A stretch of DNA of 64,000 nt, taken from NCBI GenBank assembly GCA_964016885.1, contig OZ024740.1:350610001-350674000 (forward strand), read 5' to 3'. The stretch is from Eledone cirrhosa. Taxonomy: Eukaryota. Positions 1 to 14,329 of the stretch are shown one piece after another. The notes under the pieces were generated by a model, which saw nothing but the letters and a program-made list of their open reading frames with translations, searched no databases and had not been told where the DNA came from. The translations under genes were made by a program, and so were the position numbers. Position 1 is the first letter of the stretch. Each line of letters starts with the position of its first letter.

Positions 1-355
1 ACGAAGACAAAAATAAATAAATAAATAAACAGATTAAATAAAGATGGCGTAGATATACAATACAACAGGAGGAACATAATAATAGCACCACTGACGATGT
101 TGCAGATGTGCAACGAAAGAACTTTGTTAGACTATATATATGTGTTTGTGTCTATATTGTATCTGTATTTTTTAACCATTGGTCAGTCAATGATAACATT
201 GAGGACCGTCGGTCAGTCAATGGTAAACATTGAGGACCGAATAAATTAACTGATATAAAAGATACAGAAGCGAAAACCAACCAAGCAGTGAGTGTGTTCT
301 GTTATTAATTCTGGCAATATTATTACAACAATATGACCCTCCCCAAGTATAACAA
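1..355 (+). mobile_element. 3' end (pseudo-LTR region) of a Penelope-like element
   Basis: Reverse-complement match to 16858-17160, which lies directly downstream of a GIY-YIG ORF. Contains a hammerhead-like motif and ends in (TA)n. Confidence 0.75.
86..130 (+). ncRNA. Degenerate hammerhead ribozyme motif
   Basis: CTGACGA-T-GTTGCA-GATG-TGCAAC-GAAA. Stems I and III pair poorly. A second copy on the minus strand at ~17030-17063 has GGAA. Confidence 0.5.
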
Positions 356-362
356 TATATAT

Positions 363-436
<74 letters not shown>

Positions 437-2224
437 GCCCACACATATATTCTAGATTCAAACAAATCCTATATACAATGCATTACAGGAATCTAGTACA
501 TATTAACGTAGATGAACACTTCACAAACTCATAAAACATAAGACAAAATGCATTACACCAAACCATCATTTAAAGCCTATTATAAATTTTCAAAAAACAA
601 AAATAAGTCTTCTGAATGATAACAATCCACAAACACGTCAACCTACAATGAATCTACTAATGATCAATTTGATTTATGAAATCAATTCAAACGTGAAATT
701 CTAAACTTCGTGGCTCCAACTTTTATCTCAGTCATACAAGTACTATGTTCTCCCATCATTTTCTCATATACTTACAACGGGGCGCGATTGTAAATCATTA
801 CTCAACACAATACAATTTGTGATGGTGGCTATATTTTTCTGAAGAATGTGTAATCATTACAAGCCATGCCAAGAGATATCTCTTGATCTCACCAAGGGCA
901 GCAATTTCTATATGTATAAGCTCGATTCACTGGTTATGAGAGTTAATCGAGGTTTGGCTTTTTATACTATCGATATCAAACAGCATCTGTGTATTCCATA
1001 TGCTATTCCTGAGTGATATACTGTGTTTCTTGTTTTTACAACCTTATGGAGCGAGGGTTTCTGTCTAGGAACTGAATTGAGGGGCGTTTAATTTTTACGC
1101 CACATATTTGACCTGGCTGCGGTTAGCAGCCTGCTACAAATTATGACTACTCAGTTGTATAGATATCTACTAAGGCAATTCTCATTAAGTCCAATGACAG
1201 TTTATCTGAGCCTCTGGCGGGCAGAGTTCTGACTAGAAGCGTCTAACATATTCAAACCTGCTTCAATTGTTAGATTGCTCAACATCGCCATTTTACATTT
1301 GAAGATCAACGATCTAAGATGTACGTTGTAGTAGGAAATACCTGTACAATGGAGATTTACAGTGGCATTGGCGGGAAGGGGGGGGGGGGGGGGTGTTTCT
1401 CAAAATCACTTTATAGTGACATGAATAGATTCAGTGGGAAGAGAATTCGAATATAACTATTACCCCCTCCCCCCAGTTGTACGAGGCTGACAGACGTCCA
1501 CTTTCTTAGATACCACATTAAAACAGACCATCACAGTTTCATTTTCGGTCGGTGTGTACCCCCTTAACTTCTGACTTCCTTAACTGACTCACAAGTAGAA
1601 GAGCAGCGACTGATACGTCCGAGGCAACTGCACATTGTATTTCTGGTATTCCCAAATACTCTGAGAGGCATAACAGCAGTCAAATTAGCCGGGATGCGCT
1701 GGGCCCCCATTTACCGTATTTGGCTGTGTGTAGAACGTGTACTTTATAGGACGCCTCGCATACTACACACATTCCCGCTTTAACATAGTGGCTAGTGATC
1801 TGTATGGGAGAGGGTTACAATGGCTACTTCTCTGGACTCATCATATCACTCCTACGCATATATATGCACACACACACGCACACAGAAACACACACACACA
1901 CACACACGCACGCACACTGACACACATACACACATACACACACACTGACACACACACACACACACGCACACGCACACACACACACACACATACACACACA
2001 CACACACGCGCGTATATATAAATATAAACACACCTTTGCGTTATGCAAATATTCCGTTGCTGTATTTCCTATTTCACAGTTAAATGCTCCTCTGCTACAG
2101 TTTGCAGATGTGAATTTTTAAGTAGGTTTTTGTTAGCCTACTTGTGTTTCTATCTGATATTTACTTCAACTTTGTAGATAACCGATTCTTCACAGGGGTC
2201 ATTATTAAACAGGATTCTAAAGGC

Positions 2225-2430
2225 AGTGGATTAGTAGCAACCTTAGAATGTCCGACAAAATGTTTGGTGGTATTTAGTTACGGCCCTTTACATTCTGAGT
2301 TGAAATCCCTCCGAGACCAACTATGCCTTCTATCCTTTCGAAGAAAATAAATTAAAGCACCAGTAAAATACTGTGGTTGATATAATAGACAATTGCAAGC
2401 CTTGTGCTTCAATTAGAAATAATTACTAAG
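2225..2430 (+). mobile_element. tRNA-derived SINE family A (diverged copy)
   Basis: Shares the B-box-like GAGTT.AAATCC and the GCCTT.CATCCTT...ATAAA...ACCAGT core with copies at 24857, 34274 and 38716. Confidence 0.65.
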
Positions 2431-2732
2431 CAATAGTTCACATACAATTAAGGCGATGAATTGGCCAATTGTAGCCACAGAACTGCATGCGGTGGATGAA
2501 GTGATGTATGTGTCTCTTTAATTCTTTAGAGAACTCTAGGATGGGAAAAACTCATCAGTACTCCACCAACATGCCAAAATAGAACATAGCGGCACATTAG
2601 AGAAAATAGAGATAACAATTATATTCACACATAGAAAAGATGTAATGCCCAGACAAATCACAGAGGTGACAAACATAAACGAACTCCGACTAAAATTAAA
2701 CAGAAAACATGAGTGGAATAGCAACATCACAA

Positions 2733-2821
2733 CTGAACTCCGGCCGTTTCGATAGCTAGATCCGAACTGTTCGGATCTAGCTGTCGAAACGGCCGGAGCT
2801 CAGCCGTCGGAGTCCTGACTC
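2733..2821. repeat. Fold-back palindrome, family P
   Basis: ~34-bp arms CTGAACTCCGGCCGTTTCGATAGCTAGATCCGAA / TTCGGATCTAGCTGTCGAAACGGCCGGAGCTCAG. Relatives at 7657, 35182 and 51021. Confidence 0.85.
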
Positions 2822-2849
2822 TTTTCCCATATACATATATGAGGGATTC

Positions 2850-3190
2850 TCCAGTATTGAAGGTCATTTGAACGTTCGATTAAACAATCAGCTAAACGAC
2901 CTACTCATTGAATTTGTGTGCGAGGAGACTGAGTGTTCCACACACGCATAAATACACAACTTAACGTGCAATAAAACTGATACAATGTGACAAAGCAACA
3001 TCTTTGAGTTATTGATAGTTTATCAGATAAGTTTCTATTGAAGTTAAATTTGCCCAACTTCACTCACAAGACTTGGTTTGACCTAAAACCATTGTGGTAA
3101 AATCTTTCCTCAGATGTTACTGAGTAGGACCGAACCCGAGACCTCATGATTGCGAAGCGAATTTTCTAACCACTCGGCCGTACCAGCGCA
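2850..3190 (-). mobile_element. tRNA-derived SINE (family B-related, diverged)
   Basis: Minus-strand A box GGCCGAGTGG and B box GGTTCGGTCC. Body resembles 39420-39730. Confidence 0.55.
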
Positions 3191-4879
3191 TTTATATAAC
3201 ATTTGAATCCCACATTAACCCATGTAATCGTATGTAGTTACATCTGGCAGATAATTATACTCGACCCAAACATTTCTCAGCAACAACATATGAATGGTAT
3301 TTATCTACCAGCATGTCAATCTATTTATGTCTATATTTTGTGTTTTAAAGTTTACACGTGTGAGTCTATCTGTGAGTGCCTGTGTGCAAAATATCTGTAA
3401 TAGTACTTTACACCCTTACACCCAGTATATCCATACTAAGATTATACTTTCACTTTTACTCAAAATAAATGACTGATCATTAATTTTCTTTCTCTATTTG
3501 TGTGTACCAATAATTGATTTATTATTTTCATAAATGCCTAATAGGAGTTCAAATAAAGGAGAAAAAAGAGAAGAATGAATGGTGAGGAACGAAAAATAGA
3601 AGAGAGAGAAAACTGTGAACTGCTAAGAAAACCTAAAGTGTTTGATGCACATTATGATTTATTAGCCTCAGTTCAACCCTGATCGACAAGGTGTATGATC
3701 AAAAGCATTACTGCTATCACCGAATGACGTTTTCAGGAATACAGTATATCCCGGATCAGATTATCCGATGCATTTATTTAAGACTGTAGAGTGTGCTTTG
3801 AGGGAGATTTAACTGCTTTTCTAGTAGGAGAGGTGACAACCCAAAGACCCCTAATTGGTTCGTGTTACTATACGGAGATGTAGTTGAGGCTAACATTTCG
3901 GGTGAATTCCTCCACCAATGAAGAATGTAGAGAAATAATTCGGAATGATGCCAACACTGAACACTGAAATGGGGAAAGATGCTTGGGCGATGAGGATGAT
4001 AGTAGAAGGTTAATGGATGTCATGAGACAAAGAACAATGGAGATTTATATGGAAAGTACATTCAAACTTGTATTAAATTTCAACATTACAGTATGGACTT
4101 CTTGTCGCGAAGAACTTGCCTCTCTACAGAGCTAAGTAAATACTAAATTATTGTTTTGTTTTGTTTTTAGTATTTTTGAATTAAACATAAAGCCTCCGGT
4201 GCTTTAACGACGGGAATAAGATTATGTGAAAATTGTAGTTTTAACAATTGCTTTAGCAATGTAAGTGAAATAATACACTCATAAGTTGCTTCTTCACTTT
4301 AGCTTATCAGTTGCTCTTCAAATATATACGTTACATTTATCAGGAAGAGCTTTCAACGTGCATTTTGAAGGACACGTGACAATAAGTAGATGAAAACTTC
4401 AAATGTAATAGACATTTTAAACAAATCCATAACGCCTTTCTCATTTCTCATGAACAACAATTCTCACAAGATAAATAATTGTATAACTTGTAAGATAATG
4501 AGAACTTTTCCAAATTATTCATAGATTCAGCATAGCTACAACTGCATTAAAATTTGGTTAACTCGTTGAAGATGAGAAATAAGTTTGATAATCAATGATT
4601 TTTCAATGTAATTACTTGTTGAATATGAAGTATATTAGATACAGCACTTTCTTTAATTAGCAGCAACATAGATTATGAGTTGAATATATACACTTGACTG
4701 ATTGATAAAAGAAATCGCCGTTAGTTGAGAGTCAGCGCGGCAGCTTTGACGTAACCGTTCGATTTACTCGAAGTAGAAAATTATTTTACTTTTCAAAGTT
4801 TACGCCGTCTTTAAAATAGAAATGTTGTGTTTTGAACTCACATCTTAAAACAAGGTAACTATACTTGGCCTCCGTTGCT

Positions 4880-5095
4880 TTAGACGATGAGTGTTCTAGT
4901 TTTCGAACGACAGTACAGTTGGATCATTAAACTAAAATATAAGTAGCTGGGCATTCTACAGACACGTGCGTCCTTAATGTAGTTCTTATTTTTGTCAGAT
5001 GGGTGAACTGGAGCAACGTGAAATAAAATGTTTTTCTCAAGGACATAACACGTCGCCAGGAACCAGATACTCTAACCACTAAGACACGCCACTTA
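4880..5095 (-). mobile_element. tRNA-derived SINE family B
   Basis: Reverse similarity to 39420-39730 (TGTCCTTGAG...TTTCACGTTGCTCCAGT core). Confidence 0.6.
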
Positions 5096-5364
5096 ACAAG
5101 GTGCCAGCTTTATAAAAAGTAAAACGTAAATAAACAATTAAATAAATAGTTATATTAAACTAGTAGTATTCTGTGTCGGTATAATTAGACAGTGAAGTTC
5201 GTGAGCTTGAATAATTTTGTATGCCGCTGGGGTGAAGGAGTTACTGACGTTTTGGAACAAACACTTCTCCTGGATAAGAAACATTTTTTTTCTCTTTCAA
5301 CTTCTTTACTCAAAACTTTCAATCACCGAGGAACCAACAACATACCATATTTCATTTAACGAAC

Positions 5365-5560
5365 CTTGCAGTCGTACCCTTGGCAGTGGAGACTTCTGGT
5401 GTCCCCTGCCATAGGTCTACCTCCACTATAGGCACTGAGCTGGCCAGCCGCAGGGTTGAGCCTCGCGAGATGGAATGGCTCTTCCATCCTCCGGAGAAAC
5501 GCCTTCTCTATTCTGTCCGCCGGGGCTGTGGAGCGGCCAGCACGTGGGACTCCATTTGCT
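5365..5560 (+). mobile_element. 3' fragment of CRE-like non-LTR retrotransposon
   Basis: Near-match to 33205-33425 (LAVETSGV, TIG.ELASRR.E.R..EWLF). Confidence 0.8.
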
Positions 5561-6227
5561 CACTATACAGAGAGATGGGGAGGGCTAGAGTAATGGGGGA
5601 GATGACGGTGGGAGTTCGGCTCTTCCGTGTTCGGACACATTGCGCCAGTCAAGAGTGTAACACACCTCTTAATAATTCACAGCTACACATTCTTTGCTTC
5701 TCGCCTACAATACCTTCTATATCTCAAAACCAAGTATATAGGTTTGGTTTTTATTGACTCTCTTACCATTCTATTCGTCAAAGGTCTCACCTCACTACTA
5801 TATAAGGTTATAATTAGCACACAAAAATAAACGTGGGATTTAATTAACAGAACATGGGTTAATAAATTATAGGTTAAATTAATTTTGTTTTTGAATAATT
5901 TAATTAAGAAATAATATCACACAATGGTGATCCAACAATGTGATAGAAAAATGGCGGAACAAGTGAGCAATTTCAGTGGGGGGTTAAATCTGAAATTATT
6001 TTACAGCAAGGCGCGTGCGTGCTGCTTGGGTGTGTGTATGTATGTGTGTGTATGTGTGAATGTATATGACATAAGAATCAAGCTGCAGCTTCGACTAAAT
6101 GAATCAATTCTGAGATATATAATCAGAGAGAGGGGGGGAAAGAGTACGTTTGTAAAGATATGTAAACAGCGTATATTTCCAGCAATAACACTTTGTAAAG
6201 TAAAATATATTCCAAGAATTGTCCACA

Positions 6228-7146
6228 TGATAATACTTGCAGATGGTTGCGAACAACTAATGTTTTACTTCCTCTAACAGATATATAGTACATGTAAGTA
6301 GGAATGGAACAGAAGTCAAGTGGTTCTTAACTGTCAGTAATTCTCACACTTAAATAACTCACCAAAAGATAAGAGTCAAGCGGTGTTTAGATTAAAGTGA
6401 ATTTGTAATTAAAGACACTTGGATGACAGAGAAATAATTAAAGAACGTGGTGTTTAAGTGTTCGGCATTGGCTTTTCTGTCATCTTTAAATATGAAATAT
6501 ATGTTAGAAATAACTTGGATCAGGCAAATGGAATTGATAGCTATCTTTACAATGCGAGGGACAAACATGTTCAACACAGTTTGAAGCTTCTTCAATTGCT
6601 TTTCTATCTTTTTCTCATTTATCTTTGCCTTTCCTTTCTTATCGTTCTGTATTTTTGTTCGTTTTAAAGATGTTTCTAATGTCTAAGAATGCGATATGTA
6701 CTTTATACAATTATGTAGTAAGAATTATGTTTGTTTCTAAAAGCGATGATATGCTGTGACATATTATGTTATATATTGCATCATTCTCTTGTTATCTTAC
6801 TAGCTTCAGTTATTGAACTGTAGCCATACAGTGAACTATCAATTCCATTTGCCTGACCCAATTCATTTTTAAATGTGAATTTCTTACGTTAAATATGACA
6901 AGAAATACAATGCCGAACAGTTAAATACCATGATTTTTAATTATTTCTCTGCATGTGTCTTTAATTAAAAATTCTCTTTAATCACAGCACCGCCTAAATC
7001 ATATCTTTTGGTGAGTTATTTAAGTGTGAATATTACAGCCAGTTGAGAAACACAAGACTTCAGTTTCATTTCTACTAACATATACTATATATTTGTTTGA
7101 GGAAGTAAAAGCTAGTTGTCCACAAGCTTCTATAAGTATTATTATA
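6228..7146. mobile_element. Long-TIR MITE / fold-back element
   Basis: ~320-bp diverged inverted arms (~6228-6545 vs ~6834-7146), e.g. CACACTTAAATAACTCACCAAAAGATA / TATCTTTTGGTGAGTTATTTAAGTGTG. Confidence 0.65.
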
Positions 7147-7291
7147 TAGAAAAATTAATAAATGTTTGCTTACATATTCTTTATGAACCTACAGAAAAAC
7201 AAAACATTCAATTTATTAACTCTGGTTCTCTTTGTTTCTAAGTACTCACACACGCACAGACAGATATACATACATGTATATATATATATAA

Positions 7292-7354
<63 letters not shown>

Positions 7355-7493
7355 TACATACATATATATATATTCAAGGAGAAATTTACGGCGTCAGGTT
7401 AACGTATACGAACTCCGCATTGAAATTATAGCTATTAACTATGCTTCGAATAGTACTTTCATTATTTATTGTTTCCCCGATTCTGGTACCGCA

Positions 7494-7530
<37 letters not shown>

Positions 7531-7531
7531 T

Positions 7532-7659
<128 letters not shown>

Positions 7660-7927
7660 TCAAGATCCCGACGGCTGAGCTCCGGCCGTATCGGCAGCTA
7701 GATCTGAACGGCAATACTCATCTTTTTCCATTTATCTGAGGGTTCTAAACCCCATTATTAGGCTAAAATTTCTTTAGTAAAAAAATACGGTGAAAGCTAT
7801 TCTATTTTCTAATTTCAAACCTCCTGCTCACTGGTTCAAAACATACTTACTTGTCATATATATATATATATATATAAATTAATAAAATAATGAATAAACA
7901 AAGAAACAGTTCCTTATATTAAAAAAT

Positions 7928-8065
7928 TCATCATTTTACGATCGTTTCTAGGATATATATGTTAGTGTTGGTATGCATATCCTATAGATCTATGTACAAA
8001 TTTTACAAACTATCAGAGGGAATATACATACCTACACATATATATGCTGTCTTCAGAAATAATGA
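7928..8065 (-). ncRNA. Type I hammerhead ribozyme with ~100-nt stem II
   Basis: Minus strand: stem I TCATTATTT/AAATGATGA, core CTGAAGA, long stem II (ATATATATGT/ACATATATAT, GTATGTATATTCC/GGATATGCATAC), GAAA, palindromic stem III ACGATCGT, GUA site at 7937. Confidence 0.8.
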
Positions 8066-8510
8066 TATTTGTTTATTGAAAAAACCAACAAAGATTTAAT
8101 ACAATAGGTCTGTTTAGGAACAGGTTTTGAATTGACCAATAGAAAGATAGTGAAGGTCAAGATAGTAATGTAGTAGTACAAGAACTTTAATTTATGGGTA
8201 GAGGAAGGTAGATTTCAGTTTTGGATGGAAAGAATATTATGAATGAAAGATTATTTTAGGGATGAGAATAGGTCATATGCTGACCTCAGAAATAATTATA
8301 TTTGTTCATTGAATAAAACCAACAAAGATTTAATATAATAGGTCTGTTTGGGAACAGGTTTTGAATTAACCAATAGAAAGGTAATAATTGGCCAAATGGT
8401 AAAATAGTAGTAATTGAAGTTTATTTTAGGGGTAGAAGAAGGCAGATTTCAGTTTTGAATGGAAGGAGTATGAGAAATGAAAAGGTTATTTTAGGGGTGA
8501 AAATAGGTCA
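8044..8510. repeat. Tandem duplication of a ~232-bp unit in Penelope 3' region
   Basis: 8044-8275 aligns with 8276-8510 (CAGAAATAAT...AAACCAACAAAGATTTAAT...GATTTCAGTTTTG). Confidence 0.8.
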
Positions 8511-8777
8511 GGTCAGTAAAAGGTAACACGAAAAGTTGCTTTTATAAAAGAATAATGCCAATGTAAATATCTAAGGAGACTAAAATTTTACGATAAAAGT
8601 GTTAGTGAAAAAAATATATATGGAATTTACATCTATGAAAAGAATATAAATTAATTTAATTGATGGGTATATTTATATTGATAAAATTATATTAATGCAT
8701 ATAGATATGATAAATAAGAGTTAGATGTAATTGAAGAGTGCTGTTAAAGATGAGGGGAAATTAAAAAAATATAAAAG

Positions 8778-8830
<53 letters not shown>

Positions 8831-9062
8831 TTGGGGGGGGGTTAAAATTATTAGTGAGACATAATAAATATATAGAGATTTCAAGGAATATAGAATCATA
8901 ACCGGAAATTAAAACATTATATATGTTTACTTAATGGTATCAATTTTAGGAAAAGATAGTTGTAAGAAGGAAAGTAAAATTATGTAGTTCATCAGTAGTA
9001 GAATATTAATTATAGGTTAACTAAATTAAAAATAGTTTTTATACTAATTTCTAAAATGTATA

Positions 9063-10190
9063 TTAATTAGGTTTATAATATTTAAAGGTTTTTCTCAGTT
9101 TATGATTACACGATATTATTAATTCCTGTCGCTTATTTAACAGGATATCCTTAGATTTCATTATTTCAAAAAGTTCTTGGGAACATAATCTATATTCATA
9201 TCTATTATTTTGATAAGGGGTGGCCCTTTTGAGCACACTCCAGGTCAGGTCATAATCTATATTCCTCTTTCTATAATTATTAATTATTTCAGCTAGAGAT
9301 GTTGTATTAGCTAATGCGGCATTTTTAAAACTATGTTTGTGGGTATTAAATCTTATCTTACATTGGTTAGAGGTAGCTCCTATATATGAATAAATTGAGT
9401 CCTTAGTGTTAACTTTACATTTATATACTATGTTATTAACAAGGCAATTTCCTTTTAATGGGCAGTTTGCTTTGTTTCTACAGTTACAACTTTTCGTGAA
9501 TCCTGTATCAGAGGAGATATTATGGTTAGTTTGATGTACTGGTGGTATATTCATGGTTTTTTTTACATTTATATGCATTGTAGGCACTTATATTTTGTTT
9601 TATGTTTTTGGTTGTTGAGTAGGAGAATTTAACCGTTGATCTATTTAAAATTTGTTGGTATTTGTGGTTTGGCGGGAAGTTCTCTCTAGGATATTAAAGA
9701 TTTTTTTAGGTATATTATCCTTAATTTGTAAATTAAATGGAGCATTATACCAAGTAACTCGTTTATTACGGTTTCGATGTTGTTTATTGTTTTTATAGGA
9801 TGTATCCTGATGTTTATTAAGAGAATTATTGTTAATGACTTCACCACACACATTTTTAGTTAGATTTATTGATTTAGGTGTTTTAGCTTGTTTATTAGGA
9901 GTTTTATTATTAACATTTATTAGAGTAGTAGGATGAGTAGTTTTTTGAGAGTTACTATACTGTATATTAGAAGAGTTAGAGAAATTTAGTTTTATGTTGG
10001 TATTTTGGGGTATAATGTGAGTGGCATTTAGGTGTGTATGTTTCATTTGGTGTTTGTTGGTAATATTAGGTTGTATGTTTGTAGTGTTATTGGTACAAGG
10101 TATATATACTAATTTATTTTTGTGGCCACTTCTAGCTAAAGCTTCGTTATATATATCTTTAAGTCGTTTGGGAGCCTCGACAATGCAAAT
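9063..10190 (-). pseudogene. Penelope-like element: RT C-terminus, linker and GIY-YIG endonuclease (frameshifted, 5'-truncated)
   Basis: YNEALARSGH, RVTWYNAPFN, SCNCRNKANCPLKGNCLVNNIVY...SYIGAT...RFNTHKHSF, LLNKRQE...CNH. Confidence 0.85.
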
Positions 10191-10399
10191 GGGTAAATCT
10201 CCGGGTAACAAGATCCGGTGGTGGAGAGAGAGATGTAAGTGGGTGTACGTTGAGATGCGTGGCGTGTATAAGACGTGTAGAGGAATGAATGAAAGAGCGT
10301 AAAGGATAAAAATAAAAATAACAACACGAGAGAGAGAGTTACCTTGGGAGAGATTTAATTTAAATTAAAGTATAATTTAATTTAAAGTATATGCCGCAT

Positions 10400-11170
10400 G
10401 TGTGCTGTCAGCATTGCTATATGTGTGTGAGGTATGGGTTGCCGGTTGCCTACAAACGGCATATCAAAAGACTGGAACGATTTCATCAGCAGTGTCTCAG
10501 AAAGATGCTCGGTATCAAGTGGCAGATGCATGTGAGTGATGTTGAGGTCCTTCAGAGAAATGATTGTCGGAGCATTGAGAGTACCATCCACCAACGACGT
10601 TTGCGAAGGACTGGACACCTCTGAAGAATGGAGGATGATTGAATCCCGAAATAACTTTTGTATGGCGAGCTTTGTAACGGTAGAAGACCACCTCACAAAC
10701 CAAGGTTCCGATTCAATGATTATATAAAGGACTCACTGAAAAAAACTGGTTTGATGGTAGCTGACTGGGAGATAGAAGCTCTTGGATGAGAAACTTGGCG
10801 TGGAATGGTGAATGATGGGGTCCATAATTTTTGAGGACAGACGCATAGAGCACGAGAAGATCAAACAGGATGTGCGTAAGCAATGCCCTGGTGTATCTCT
10901 CGAAACGATCGGTGTCTCCATTGATTTTGTGTGCCCTGAGTGTGGAAAGATTTGCTTGAGTAAATCTGGTCACAGGAGACACAGTTGCAGCCATGTTCAG
11001 AGAGAACCAGTGAACTATGATCTCCTAGGTATTGTGAAGGTTCGTAGTGAACCTGATGGTAGATCTGAGGCCAGTGTGACCCACAGTTGTCGTCAATGTG
11101 CGAAGGAGTGCAAGTCTCTAGTAGGCTTGAAAAGCCGTATCCGAGCGTCACACATCTGAATCTGACAAGC
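10400..11170 (+). pseudogene. RTE-clade LINE 3' fragment with C-terminal C2H2 zinc fingers
   Basis: RLERFHQQCLRKMLGIKW...EVL, RRLRRTGHL, CPECGKIC and CRQCAKEC motifs, interrupted by stops and frameshifts. Confidence 0.8.
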
Positions 11171-11219
11171 GATTGCTTGCAATACTCTTAGCAGAGTTTG
11201 CAGCCATCATACATACATT

Positions 11220-11400
<181 letters not shown>

Positions 11401-13563
11401 GTGTATGCGAGCACATGCGCAATACACAACAACACAATATATTTCTGGTACCGTCACGATGTAGAATAAATGGAAGACTATATGGTAACAAGATCTACTA
11501 AAATTGTTAGTCAAATTTCACTAAAATCGCAACCTAGAAATTTAATGAAAAATGAAATGTTAGATGTAGTCCTAGATTGTCTCTATATACGTAAACGATG
11601 GGATGGAGCGTCTTTGATCCTATGTTTACTGTATTAGGGTTGACAACAATGGGTATGTTATTTAGCTGAGTACATAACTAGTATGTATTATAGATGGTTC
11701 CCTTTGACTGAAATACGAAGCAAAGGAAACTACATATTACACGATCGAAACTCTTTAGAATGGTTCTTTCCTGTTTGAACAAACAAGCTTTCACCTATCT
11801 TGAGATTTAGGATAAAACAGTGTGGATCACCATCGAAGAGACGATTCTTGTATTTGAGTGGTAGATTCAATCCGTCGGCTAGTTTAAAATTACTGATTCA
11901 TAGTTGCTTTCAACGGAGTCCATTCTGAAACCTGCATTCAGACTGGGTTTCCCATCTACCTCGCTTCTCACACGTTTGGGGGTTTTGAAGAATGACTTGA
12001 GGATTGCTCTTCTACATGTGACTAAACAATAACAAATGCAATCAGATCTTATGACTGCTTCAAACTTCACTGATGAACTGCCGCCTTAGATCTCCATCTC
12101 TAACAGCTGAAGTTTGAAGTTTTCAAACTTAATGTAATAGCATTAATACCATCATCATTCCATAACGCCAATCTGGTGCTTCACATGCCACAAACGATGC
12201 CTATATGTCTGGGATCGACAAATAAAAGCTAACATTTGATGTAATCAGCCAAGACACACTCAATAGTAAACAAAAACAAAAGCCAAGAAAGCAGATTTTT
12301 TAACAACTTTGAAATAAAAGAAAAATATCAAAGCCTCATAATCGTATTCATGTCTAATACTATCAGAAGAAAAGAAAAATAATATGCTGGAAAAGCATAC
12401 AAAGCAGAGTATTTCATGACTCTGGTTAATGATATATATTAGTGTGCGCAAAACAATTGCTATCTAAGCAATAAAATCTGACAATACACATGTAATCAAA
12501 TATTCATCTTCCGATCAATATCATGTGTTACCCGAAACAGATATTCAGTCTACACAAGAAAATGCTATAAATTTTCAATACCTTTTTGAGGTACCTCAAA
12601 TTGTGCGTAGAAACAGATATCTAGCGTGCATGTAGAAACAGATCTTAATCTTAACAAGGATAGAAGTTCTTTCTTGTCTGCTGACTTAAATTAAGTTTTA
12701 ACCAGAACATGGTTTATGATTGATTCTAAGACAAATTTATTGTAAATCAGTCTCGGAAGCGAGTCAAGGAAATGACAATGTTTATTAGTTTTAGTAGTAA
12801 CACTTATCACATTACAGGGATAACTAAATCTACAACACACGATCAAAATATAGACATTTCGGCTCTCCTTTTAATATTCCTCCTCGGCACGTGATGAAAT
12901 CTAGCCGCTTGCACTTTGATCTGCTGCTTACGTAGTAACTCTATTAGGTTTTCAGTATTCTCAGTATACTTCCATTCCAAGTAACGAAGAAACTCGGTAA
13001 AAACGATAGATCACCATGTTACAAGTTCAACTACCATTATAAGCAACTTATCATAAATCCCTACAGCTTCAATAAAAATAAATGATATACTAGTCATGTA
13101 TGTACAGTGGTCGATTGTCAATTTAATCGAGTTTTCGTCGTCTTTACAGTTTTATGGTCTTGGTTTTGTTATTGTTGTTTAGCCCCAGATGAGATCTGAT
13201 GTAACACAATGTGTATCAGTCGCGTCCAAAGTAACTATTTTGTTTCCGGACACAGTGTATCAAATTATTTCAAGCGGGTCACATTATCTAGTGTTATTTT
13301 GTTTTATCTGTTAGGGTGGATTTCAGAGGGAATTGGCTGCTGTTTCTAGCAGATCAAGTTACTCTTTTTATGATATACCATTGGTGCGTGTGGCTATGTA
13401 TGTAAGTAAAACAATATTGACTGTTTATCTTGTATTTAAAAAACATACTCAAATAAAGTGTTAGTACAATACACAGAAACTTACACAAAATACGACATTA
13501 GATAAGTTTTCGTTTAGAAACGTTTTCACGTAAAGTGCACATACACGTTCACGCGGCCATCTG

Positions 13564-14224
<661 letters not shown>

Positions 14225-14329
14225 AGTTTATGTTGGACGGTGGCTGGATTTGTAATTCAATCACCCCAAATAGCAGATCATGATGCGAAAAGAAAAAGCA
14301 CTCGACGTTATGTATAGTTTCCATTATAT

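Noticed and set aside
880-1370. Possible very old RLE-type retroelement fragment (minus strand)
   Set aside because: Only faint motif remnants; cannot be supported without a profile search.
1371-1393. G-run as a functional G-quadruplex
   Set aside because: Simple homopolymer with no supporting context.
12062-12121. Hammerhead-like motif (AAACTTCA-CTGATGA...TGAAGTTT)
   Set aside because: Stem I is perfect but GAAA and stem III are missing; at most a relic. Similar weak cases at ~13520-13560, ~15091-15115 and ~30365-30395 were also not called.
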